Assembly: GCA_030586555.1 (NCBI GenBank) | Contig: JAURAC010000010.1 | Coordinates: 1-64,000, forward strand | DNA: 64,000 nt | Origin: Candidatus Subterrananammoxibius californiae | Lineage (GTDB): Bacteria > Planctomycetota > Brocadiia > Brocadiales > Subterrananammoxibiaceae | Reading direction: 5' to 3' | Shown: piece by piece, positions 29,811 to 37,661 of the stretch | Layout: every line of letters starts with the position of its first letter | How positions within the stretch are numbered: the first letter of the stretch is position 1 | Notes under the pieces: generated by a model | The model's input: only the letters and a program-made list of their open reading frames with translations | The model's database searches: none | Told to the model about the DNA's origin: nothing | Program-made: the position numbers and the translations under genes

Positions 29811-31139
29811 ATGAAAATTCAAATGGAAGTGGCAAGAAAAGGTGAAATAACAAGCGCCATGGAAGAGGCGGCAAAATACGACAACGTCTGTCCTGAGTTT
29901 ATCAGGGACGGCATCGCAAATGGCACTATTGTAATTTCTGGCAACGTACACCGAAAGTCCCGCGTTGTAGGCATCGGCAAGGGGCTTAGGACTAAGGTAA
30001 ATGCAAGTATAGGCACATCTCCTGACATTGTTGATATTGATATGGAGATAAAGAAGGCAAAGGTGGCTGAAAAATATGGGGCTGATACCTTAATGGAACT
30101 TTCGACTGGAGGGGATTTAAATGAGGTACGGCGTCGTGTGCTTGAGTCCACCAGCCTGATGGTTGGGACCGTGCCTTTATATCAAGCTGCAATCGAAACA
30201 ATCAGAAAAAAGGGTTCTGTGGTTCACATGGAAGCAGATTTCCTCTTTGATATAATTGAGCAGCAGGCTGAAGAAGGTATCGGGTTTATGGCAATACACT
30301 GCGGGATAAACTTACTCACGCTTGAGCGGCTTAGAAAACAGGGGTATAGATTCGGGGGGCTTGTTAGCCGTGGAGGCTCATTCCTCACAGCATGGATGAA
30401 CCATAATAATAAGGAAAACCCACTATATGAGCAGATTGACCGCCTGATTGATATTATGAAAAGGCACGACGTAATCCTAAGCCTCGGAAATGGCTTAAGG
30501 GCAGGGGCTGTACACGATAGCACGGATAGGGCACAGATTCAAGAACTTATTATGAACTCAGAAATTGCTGAACATGCCCAGAAAAGGGGCGTGCAGGTTA
30601 TTGTGGAAGGACCCGGTCATATCCCCATTGATGAGATAGAAGCGAATGTTATACTACAAAAGAGGCTTAGCAATAATGCCCCATTTTATATGCTCGGTCC
30701 CATTACCACAGATGTTGCCCCTGGCTATGACCATATCTCCGCCGCAATAGGGGCGGCATTATCGTCCAGATACGGCGCCGATTTTATATGCTACGTTACC
30801 CCGCCTGAGCATCTTGCCCTGCCTACGCCCGACGATGTGCGGGAGGGGGTTATGGCAGCGCGCATCGCCGTTCATGTCGGCGACATGGTAAAATTAAAGG
30901 ATAAGGTTAAAAACGCTGATTTAAAGATGGGTATTGCAAGACGTGACCTCGATTGGGATACCCAATACAAAACCGCTATCAGCGCTGAAAGGGCAAAGGA
31001 AATACGAGGCAGCCGCCCGCCGATGGATGAAGACACCTGCACCATGTGCGGAAAGCTCTGCTCCTTAAAAACCGTAAAGAAATATTACCAGGATACACTT
31101 GAAGACAGCAAGAAAAAGAGTTACGTAGCAGCATTGTAA
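29811..31139 (+). CDS. bzaF: ThiC/Bza-family radical SAM enzyme, most like 5-hydroxybenzimidazole synthase BzaF
   Basis: ThiC fold (TKVNASIGTS, EGPGH, PGYDHI, CTMCGKLC) with TLMELS, RKQGYRFGGLVS and SLGNGLRAG, where ThiC typically has MDLS and LGDGLRPG. The family call is certain; the paralog call is from memory. Confidence 0.68.
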   Translation: MKIQMEVARKGEITSAMEEAAKYDNVCPEFIRDGIANGTIVISGNVHRKSRVVGIGKGLRTKVNASIGTSPDIVDIDMEIKKAKVAEKYGADTLMELSTGGDLNEVRRRVLESTSLMVGTVPLYQAAIETIRKKGSVVHMEADFLFDIIEQQAEEGIGFMAIHCGINLLTLERLRKQGYRFGGLVSRGGSFLTAWMNHNNKENPLYEQIDRLIDIMKRHDVILSLGNGLRAGAVHDSTDRAQIQELIMNSEIAEHAQKRGVQVIVEGPGHIPIDEIEANVILQKRLSNNAPFYMLGPITTDVAPGYDHISAAIGAALSSRYGADFICYVTPPEHLALPTPDDVREGVMAARIAVHVGDMVKLKDKVKNADLKMGIARRDLDWDTQYKTAISAERAKEIRGSRPPMDEDTCTMCGKLCSLKTVKKYYQDTLEDSKKKSYVAAL

Positions 31140-31242
31140 GGTGTCCTTAAAACTTTGCGAACCTTTGCGTCCTTTGCGAGAAAAAAATTTATTTCACGCA
31201 GAGAACGCAAAGAGCGCGAAAATACAGGAAAGGAGGAGCATT

Positions 31243-32151
31243 ATGAAAAGGGTTAAAGACATACTGGCGGTTATGGTTGGAATTAGTTTTTTTATGTTCG
31301 CATTAGGTAGATTAGGTTATGCCAAGCCAAATATTCCAAAGGAAAAGATTCCATCCGACATCCCTTCTGAGATAAGGGAACAGATTGAACGGTTATATTC
31401 TGAAAATCCATTATTACGAGCAGATGCAGCTAGTGAGTTAGCACACTTAGTAGAAACAGGTGCTACGGTTACTGTTGCAGTGCCATTTTTGATAGCAGTT
31501 CTTAAGGATGAAGACCCCATTGTTCGAGCATATGCGGCAGACGCGATAGGAAGAACAAAAGATATTCGGGCTATTGAACCATTAATCGAAACTATTAGGA
31601 ATGAAAATGAAATTAAGGACTATGACAAACTGTTTAGTTTACTTCGTAAAATACTTGACGTGCCAGATGTCCGTTGTGAAATAATAGAAGCGCTATCTAC
31701 CATTGGTAAGCCTGGCGTAAAGCAATTAACTGCGTCTCTTAAAGATGGAAATTTGAATGTACGATTTGCAACTGTAGTAGCTTTAGGACGCATAAAAGAA
31801 AGTTGTGCTATTAAACCGTTAATTGAAACCCTTAATGACGAAAGCAAGCTTGTCCGACAAGCAGCATCAGTGGCTTTGGGAGAAATAGGCAATAATTTAG
31901 CTGTCGAACCGTTGATAAGAACGTTAGAAGATAAGGAACAGAGTGTAAGAAGTAAAGGTGCAGAGGCACTGGGGAAAATAAAAGACCCTCGTGCCGTTGA
32001 GCCGTTGATTGCTGCCCTTAAAGATAAAGATTCGGGTGTCAGAGGGGATGCGGCACTGGCACTGGGGGATATAACAGGGCAAAACTTTGGAGAAGACCCG
32101 GCAAAATGGCAGGGGTGGTGGAAGGAAAACAAGAACAGATTTGGCAAATAG
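31243..32151 (+). CDS. Exported HEAT/PBS-lyase repeat protein
   Basis: AGGAGG RBS, signal peptide, repeated VRxxAAxALGxI...AVEPLI. Confidence 0.88.
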   Translation: MKRVKDILAVMVGISFFMFALGRLGYAKPNIPKEKIPSDIPSEIREQIERLYSENPLLRADAASELAHLVETGATVTVAVPFLIAVLKDEDPIVRAYAADAIGRTKDIRAIEPLIETIRNENEIKDYDKLFSLLRKILDVPDVRCEIIEALSTIGKPGVKQLTASLKDGNLNVRFATVVALGRIKESCAIKPLIETLNDESKLVRQAASVALGEIGNNLAVEPLIRTLEDKEQSVRSKGAEALGKIKDPRAVEPLIAALKDKDSGVRGDAALALGDITGQNFGEDPAKWQGWWKENKNRFGK

Positions 32152-32251
32152 GTGAAGAGGCTAAAAGGCAAAGAGGTTGAGCGGTTAAGAAGTTGAGAGG
32201 CTTAGAGGTGATGGTATAATAGAAGCGGTCGGTGCTTAAGGATACGATGGG

Positions 32252-32530
32252 ATGCGTGCGTTAGAGCGAATACGCCGAGCTGTCCGTGAACAAAGGTATC
32301 GTATCAGTTCACATGCTAATGAGGAGATGTCTAAGGACGAACTTGAGGCAAAGGACGTTGAAATGGTCATTCTTACGGGTAAAGTTGCACGAAAGTTTAC
32401 TCGTGACCCACGTGGTACTCGTTATGAAGTGGCAGGTAACACCACGGATGGTCGTTGCACTCACGTAGTATGTCGTTTTCTTCTATCCGGCGAGTTGTTA
32501 ATCATTACGGCTTTTGTTGAAGGAAGATAA
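32252..32530 (+). CDS. DUF4258-family protein (putative toxin)
   Basis: YRISSHANEEM...HVVCR...LLIITAF. Confidence 0.8.
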   Translation: MRALERIRRAVREQRYRISSHANEEMSKDELEAKDVEMVILTGKVARKFTRDPRGTRYEVAGNTTDGRCTHVVCRFLLSGELLIITAFVEGR

Positions 32531-32535
32531 AGGCA

Positions 32536-32790
32536 ATGGTAACGCAAAAAAAGGATTTATGCGAATTTTGCGAAGGTAAAGTAGAATATCATCTAATTCA
32601 GGCCATGTTTCATTTTAAAGGTCAGACAATTTATGTGGACAACGTCCCGGCATGGGTTTGCAAAAGATGCGGTGAACAGTATTTCGATGCGCCCGTTTAC
32701 AAACGGTTAGAGGAGATTGCCCGACGTCGTAGTCGAATCAAAAAGACAGTCCGTTTTCCACTTGCAGAGTATAATATGATTCTTAGCTGA
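32536..32790 (+). CDS. YgiT/MqsA-type zinc-finger protein (putative antitoxin)
   Basis: CEFC...NVPAWVCKRCGEQYFD. Confidence 0.85.
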   Translation: MVTQKKDLCEFCEGKVEYHLIQAMFHFKGQTIYVDNVPAWVCKRCGEQYFDAPVYKRLEEIARRRSRIKKTVRFPLAEYNMILS

Positions 32791-32792
32791 AT

Positions 32793-33017
32793 TTGAAAAT
32801 GAAGATAAAATACGACCCAGAGGTGGATGCAGCCTATATATCTTTTAAAAAGGGACCCGTAGAGGTAACAACAATTCGTTTATCAGAAGATATTGCTATA
32901 GACTTGGGTCCGAATGAGGAAATAGTAGGGATTGAGATTCTGTACGCATCAGAACATTTTGGCTTTAAAAAAGAAAATCCAGGGATAGAACTTGAGAATA
33001 TTAAGGCATTGGGTTAG
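32793..33017 (+). CDS. DUF2283-family protein
   Basis: IKYDPEVDAAYI...IVGIEILYAS. Confidence 0.85.
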   Translation: MKMKIKYDPEVDAAYISFKKGPVEVTTIRLSEDIAIDLGPNEEIVGIEILYASEHFGFKKENPGIELENIKALG

Positions 33018-33059
33018 AGTTAGGTTCCACAACGTCCCATTATCATCTGGGATAAAGCG

Positions 33060-33290
33060 ATGTTTACAATAGAAGACTATGAAATAGTAATTTATCCCTC
33101 ACCTGATAAGGATGAACATTGGCTTTATGTTCGATTCCCTGACATTCCTGAAATACTTACAGGAGGAAGTACAATAGAGGAGGCAATTCAAAACGCAAAA
33201 GAAGCATTTCAATGTCATACGGAGGCATTGCAAAAACAGGGTAGAGAGTTGCCACCTCCTTCCAAAAGGTTGACACATATCGAAAGGTAA
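33060..33290 (+). CDS. HicB-family antitoxin-like protein
   Basis: VRFPDIPEILTGGSTIEEAIQNAKEA...LPPP. Confidence 0.85.
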   Translation: MFTIEDYEIVIYPSPDKDEHWLYVRFPDIPEILTGGSTIEEAIQNAKEAFQCHTEALQKQGRELPPPSKRLTHIER

Positions 33291-33308
33291 GCCGGTTTAA
33301 TAAATACC

Positions 33309-34811
33309 ATGCGTGTTATCTTACTTGAACATCCACGCCCACTTGACCCTGAAAGGTTTCAGGATGTGGTAAACGCCCCTCTCTCTGCCTGCCTCACCAC
33401 AGGATACATTGCCTCGGTATTACATGCCAACAAAATCCAGGTTGAAATCGTTGACGCCAATCTTTATGGTTGGTCTGCAGAAAAAACCATCACCGAATTA
33501 TGTAAAAAGTCATTTGACCTTTTAGGAGTTCATACCGTCTATCTGTGGGACAATACTAAGAGCGTTTTTGATATGCTGCTGCGTCTGCGAGAGCATGGCA
33601 TTAAAGCACACATAAATCTCTACGGATTCTACCCAACCTTTGCATACGAAAGAATACTACTGGAATACCCATTTATAGACTCTGTAACTATTGGTGAACC
33701 AGAGTTGACCTTCCTTGAACTTGCTCAGAAAATGACGGCTGGTTTGAAAAATCCACAATACAATACCGATGGTCTCGCATGTAGTTTCAATAACGCCAGC
33801 GTTGTGAAAAACAAGCCGCGCCAACGGATTGTTGATTTAGATGGGTTGCCTTTTCCTTTGCGTTACATCCCCCTCACCCCTAACCCTCTCCACAAGGGGA
33901 GAGGGAAGGGTGGGGGTAAGAAAAAGGGTATTCACACCTATATCTTAGGAAGCCGTGGATGCTATGGCAATTGTACGTTCTGCTATATAAACCCGTTTTA
34001 TGGTGATAATTCTTTGTGGCGGGGGAGAAGTCCTGAAAATATCCTTGAGGAAATCTGCCAGCTTCACGAGCGCCATAAAATTAACTACTTTTATTTTGCC
34101 GACGCTAACTTTTTTGGGCCTGATAAATATGGAAAAGAACGTGCAAGAAGATTAGCTGAACTTATAATTAGGAATGGCTTAAAGATAGGTTTTGGTATCG
34201 AATGCAGGGCTAATGATGTTGAAGAAAAAACATTTTCAGCGCTTGTCAATGCAGGCCTTAAGCAGGTCTTTCTTGGCATTGAAAGCGGCAGTCAAACCTC
34301 GTTAAACAGGTTTAAAAAGGGTGTTTCTGTTGAGGTTAATAAGCGCGCTATCCAGACAATAAGACGATTCGGTATTGAGCTGTCTTTAGGCTTCATTATG
34401 TTTGAGCCGTATTCTACAATAGCCGATATAAGAGCAAACTTTGAATTTCTAAAGGAAATGAATTTGCTGACCACTCCTTCTGCTACCGCGCACTTGCTAC
34501 ACCATAAAGAGACATTGTTTCAAGGCACGCCTGATTATACCCAAATATTTAATGGGCAGGGAAACCATGCCCCTACGGGATATGAAGCAACATACACATT
34601 TAAGGACGAACGTGTCACCATGCTTTTTAATCTGGCTACTCATATTTGTCAGAAGGCGCTCACACAAATGTGGAATGCGGAGTGCGGAGTGTGGAGTGGA
34701 AAAACTTCTTTGAATTCCGCAATCCGCAATCCGCAATCCGTATTTGAAAATCAGTCGCTTATTGATTCCTTTGAATCCGCCTTAGGCGGACTGAGAGACC
34801 TCGAAAAGTAG
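33309..34811 (+). CDS. Cobalamin-binding radical SAM protein (BzaD/BzaE-like candidate)
   Basis: N-terminal B12-binding domain, SRGCYGNCTFC, FLGIESG, GFIMFEP. Confidence 0.85.
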   Translation: MRVILLEHPRPLDPERFQDVVNAPLSACLTTGYIASVLHANKIQVEIVDANLYGWSAEKTITELCKKSFDLLGVHTVYLWDNTKSVFDMLLRLREHGIKAHINLYGFYPTFAYERILLEYPFIDSVTIGEPELTFLELAQKMTAGLKNPQYNTDGLACSFNNASVVKNKPRQRIVDLDGLPFPLRYIPLTPNPLHKGRGKGGGKKKGIHTYILGSRGCYGNCTFCYINPFYGDNSLWRGRSPENILEEICQLHERHKINYFYFADANFFGPDKYGKERARRLAELIIRNGLKIGFGIECRANDVEEKTFSALVNAGLKQVFLGIESGSQTSLNRFKKGVSVEVNKRAIQTIRRFGIELSLGFIMFEPYSTIADIRANFEFLKEMNLLTTPSATAHLLHHKETLFQGTPDYTQIFNGQGNHAPTGYEATYTFKDERVTMLFNLATHICQKALTQMWNAECGVWSGKTSLNSAIRNPQSVFENQSLIDSFESALGGLRDLEK

Positions 34812-34826
34812 GAACAGAATTAAATC

Positions 34827-35351
34827 ATGGACAAAAGGACCATCTTAATTATCCTTATAGCTACTCTTATTGCTACAGGGGTATACAATTTTTATCACTT
34901 CAGTAACAGGCGCAAGCCTCGGTCTAATTCTGTAGGGGCGGGTTTTAAACCCACCCCTACTTCGAGAATGGTGGAAAGAAATCCTGAAAAACCAATCCAA
35001 AAGGTTTCGTCAAAAGCAAGTCCCCGGAACTTGCTTTTGACTCTCCCAGAAGGCTGGGGACGGAATCCATTCCTAACACCTGCTGAAATTAAACAAATCC
35101 AGGCAGCCAAAAATCCATTTACTGAGAAGGAATCTGAACCATTACCTCAATATGAGCTAACATCCATACTTATCAGCGGCGCTCTAAAGGTGGCTGTTAT
35201 TGACGGCAAGATTGTCAGTCCCGGCGACTCCATTGGCAGGGAAATAGTTAATGAAATTTCAACGGATGGCGTTGTGCTGGCAATGGGCGGTAATCTCAGA
35301 ATGATTAAGCTGAAGCAGGGTAAGACAGAGATAAAGGTAAGAACACCATGA
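34827..35351 (+). CDS. Membrane-anchored MshK/GspB-like pilus or secretion protein
   Basis: N-terminal TM helix, RNPF motif, LTSILISG..AVIDGKIV..GDSI. Confidence 0.6.
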   Translation: MDKRTILIILIATLIATGVYNFYHFSNRRKPRSNSVGAGFKPTPTSRMVERNPEKPIQKVSSKASPRNLLLTLPEGWGRNPFLTPAEIKQIQAAKNPFTEKESEPLPQYELTSILISGALKVAVIDGKIVSPGDSIGREIVNEISTDGVVLAMGGNLRMIKLKQGKTEIKVRTP

Positions 35352-36352
35352 ATTGGAATCAAGTTAATTATCTTTACGAGCTGGCATACGGATTTTGGAA
35401 GTCCCAGATAATATTTACTGCTGTTGAATCAGGAGTTTTTACGCTAATAGCGGATAATGGGAAAACGGCAGGCGGAATTGCTTTACAATTAAAGACGAAC
35501 AAGCGTGCCACAGAAATGCTTCTAAATGCCTTGGTTGCCCTTGGTCTATTAAGAAAGGCTAAAGACAAGTTCTTTAATACACCTTTATCAAATCAGTACC
35601 TTGTTCGTGGCGCGCCATTCTATATAGGCGATTCTATTCACCACATGCACAATTTGTGGGATAACTGGTCAAAACTTGGAAGGGCTGTCAAAACAGGAAA
35701 ACCCGTTGCTTTTAAGAATGCAAAGAAAAAAGTCAATGCAGGCAGGACGCGCGACTTTATTGCTGCAATGCAAAATATTGGGAGAACAAAGGCGGCTGAG
35801 ATTGCTAAAAGATTCGATTTAAAGGGGTGTCGCAAGCTATTGGACCTCGGCGGCGGTCCCGGCACTTACTCTATTGAGTTTACAAAACGTAACCATCGGC
35901 TTAAAGCAATAGTATTTGATTTAGAAGATGTGATAAGGCTTGCAAAAAGATATATTAAGGATGCAGGCATGCAGGAGAGGGTTTCCACAATTGCAGGGGA
36001 CTGTCTTAAGGATGATTTAGGCACTAACCTATATGACGTCGCTTTTGTTTCAAATATTCTACACATATACGACCCTGAAACGAACATCGAAATATTAAAA
36101 AAGTGCTGGGAATCACTGGTTGATAACGGCAAGGTTGTTATTCATGAGTTTGTTTTAGATAGAACAAAGACACGGCCGCAGTTTGGGGCATTGTTCAGTC
36201 TGCAAATGTTACTCGGCACGATGGGTGGCGCATCTTATAGCGAGCAAGAATACAGGGATTGGCTGCCAAAGGCTGGATTTAAAGCCATTAAAAGAATCAA
36301 TCTCCCATCCGATTCTTCGTTGCTTATCGGTGTAAAAAAGCCAGTTTCCTAA
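35348..36352 (+). CDS. SAM-dependent O-methyltransferase with dimerisation domain (BzaC-like candidate)
   Basis: GFWKSQIIFTAVE, LLDLGGGPG, SNILH. Confidence 0.85.
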   Translation: MNWNQVNYLYELAYGFWKSQIIFTAVESGVFTLIADNGKTAGGIALQLKTNKRATEMLLNALVALGLLRKAKDKFFNTPLSNQYLVRGAPFYIGDSIHHMHNLWDNWSKLGRAVKTGKPVAFKNAKKKVNAGRTRDFIAAMQNIGRTKAAEIAKRFDLKGCRKLLDLGGGPGTYSIEFTKRNHRLKAIVFDLEDVIRLAKRYIKDAGMQERVSTIAGDCLKDDLGTNLYDVAFVSNILHIYDPETNIEILKKCWESLVDNGKVVIHEFVLDRTKTRPQFGALFSLQMLLGTMGGASYSEQEYRDWLPKAGFKAIKRINLPSDSSLLIGVKKPVS

Positions 36353-36840
36353 TTTCTAAAAATTGTAAAGATAATAAACAATATAAAAAATACTCCAGCA
36401 AGACAGGCGTTGATGAACACGCCTGAGACAGAGCCGAGAAAAGAGCCGGTTGCGGCTTTTAGCGCCCTTGTTTTGTCTCTGTGAAAGATAAACTCAGCGG
36501 CAAGCACGCCTAAGAAAATGCCGAGAAATCCTCCAAAAGGCGGAAAGAGAATAAGCCCAATAATAAGCCCTAAAAATCCGAAAATAATCCCCTTTTTTGA
36601 CGCCCCTCCGTACTTGGCGCCAAGAATGCCTGCAAAATAATCAATGAATATAGAAGCAATAAGTATGCCTCCCAGTATTCCTAAATTTATCGGGGTAAGG
36701 TTTTGAAAACCATCTATAAATCCAAAAAGGGCTGCCATAGCAAACATATAGGGAATGCCCGGCATCGCAGGTATAAATACCATAAAAACACCGGGCAGAA
36801 TTAGAACAATGAAGATTATTTTAAGCAGTATTGGAAGCAT
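36349..36840 (-). CDS. DUF456-family membrane protein
   Basis: PAMPGIP, GAKYGGASKKG, multiple TM helices. Confidence 0.8.
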   Translation of the reverse strand: MLPILLKIIFIVLILPGVFMVFIPAMPGIPYMFAMAALFGFIDGFQNLTPINLGILGGILIASIFIDYFAGILGAKYGGASKKGIIFGFLGLIIGLILFPPFGGFLGIFLGVLAAEFIFHRDKTRALKAATGSFLGSVSGVFINACLAGVFFILFIIFTIFRN

Positions 36841-36932
36841 AATAAAATCAGTAGACAGCAGGTAGTAGACAGCATACAGGAAGAAATGCTTTTTCCTCTG
36901 TCTACCGTCTACTATCTACTTTTTTGTTTAAC

Positions 36933-37021
36933 TGGTGCCGGAGGGGGGAGTCGAACCCCCACGGGGTTTGAGCCCCACCAGATTTTGAGTCTGGCGCGTC
37001 TGCCAATTCCACCACTCCGGC
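36933..37021 (-). tRNA. tRNA-Leu (CAA)
   Basis: Reverse complement GCCGGAGTGGTGGAATTGGCAGACGCG-CCAGA-CTCAAAA-TCTGG, long variable arm, GGTTCGACT, ends ACCA. Confidence 0.96.
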
Positions 37022-37110
37022 GTATACATCAGTAGACAGTAGGTAGTAGACAGCATATAGGGAAAAATGCTTTTTCCCCGGTCTCCTGTCTACCGTTTAC
37101 TGTCTACTTT

Positions 37111-37623
37111 TTAGAAAAGTCTGTGGGTCTTTCTTTTAGAAATCGGGGGACCTATAATCTCGGAAAGTATAATCGCCCTCTTTAATTCGTTCTTTGGCGG
37201 GACAATTGGATGTTCTAACGGCTTTGAGACCTCTGGTAAAGATTGCGCTTTAAGCCCTTCAAGTTGAACCAATGTACCTTTTGTAACCTCTTGTGGCTCT
37301 TCCTCAATAATAGTTTTTGGTTTGGGTCTTTTCTTCGGCTGCTTTAGAACAACGGGAGGGGCGGTTTCCTCTGTTTCATGTCTTACGGGTGGCTCCTCCT
37401 TCGGTCTTTCTATTCCCATTAATTCTTCCAGAAATCTCCTGAGTTCTTCATTGGATTTTGGTTTCTCCTTCGGGGGTGAAAAGGAAGTTCTCCGAACTTC
37501 CTTTTCACGGGCAGGAGCGGGTTTAGCCTCCGGGCGTTTCTTCCGCAAACTTTTTAAGGCGCTGGCTACTACAAATATTAATAACACAATAACCCATATA
37601 AGTTGTTCAAAACCGATATCCAT
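37111..37623 (-). CDS. Membrane-anchored hypothetical protein
   Basis: N-terminal TM helix, Pro/Glu-rich linker, tail LKRAIILSEIIGPP. Confidence 0.75.
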   Translation of the reverse strand: MDIGFEQLIWVIVLLIFVVASALKSLRKKRPEAKPAPAREKEVRRTSFSPPKEKPKSNEELRRFLEELMGIERPKEEPPVRHETEETAPPVVLKQPKKRPKPKTIIEEEPQEVTKGTLVQLEGLKAQSLPEVSKPLEHPIVPPKNELKRAIILSEIIGPPISKRKTHRLF

Positions 37624-37661
37624 ATTGCTTCCCTCTATTCGTAACTACATTTCTTTAATTA

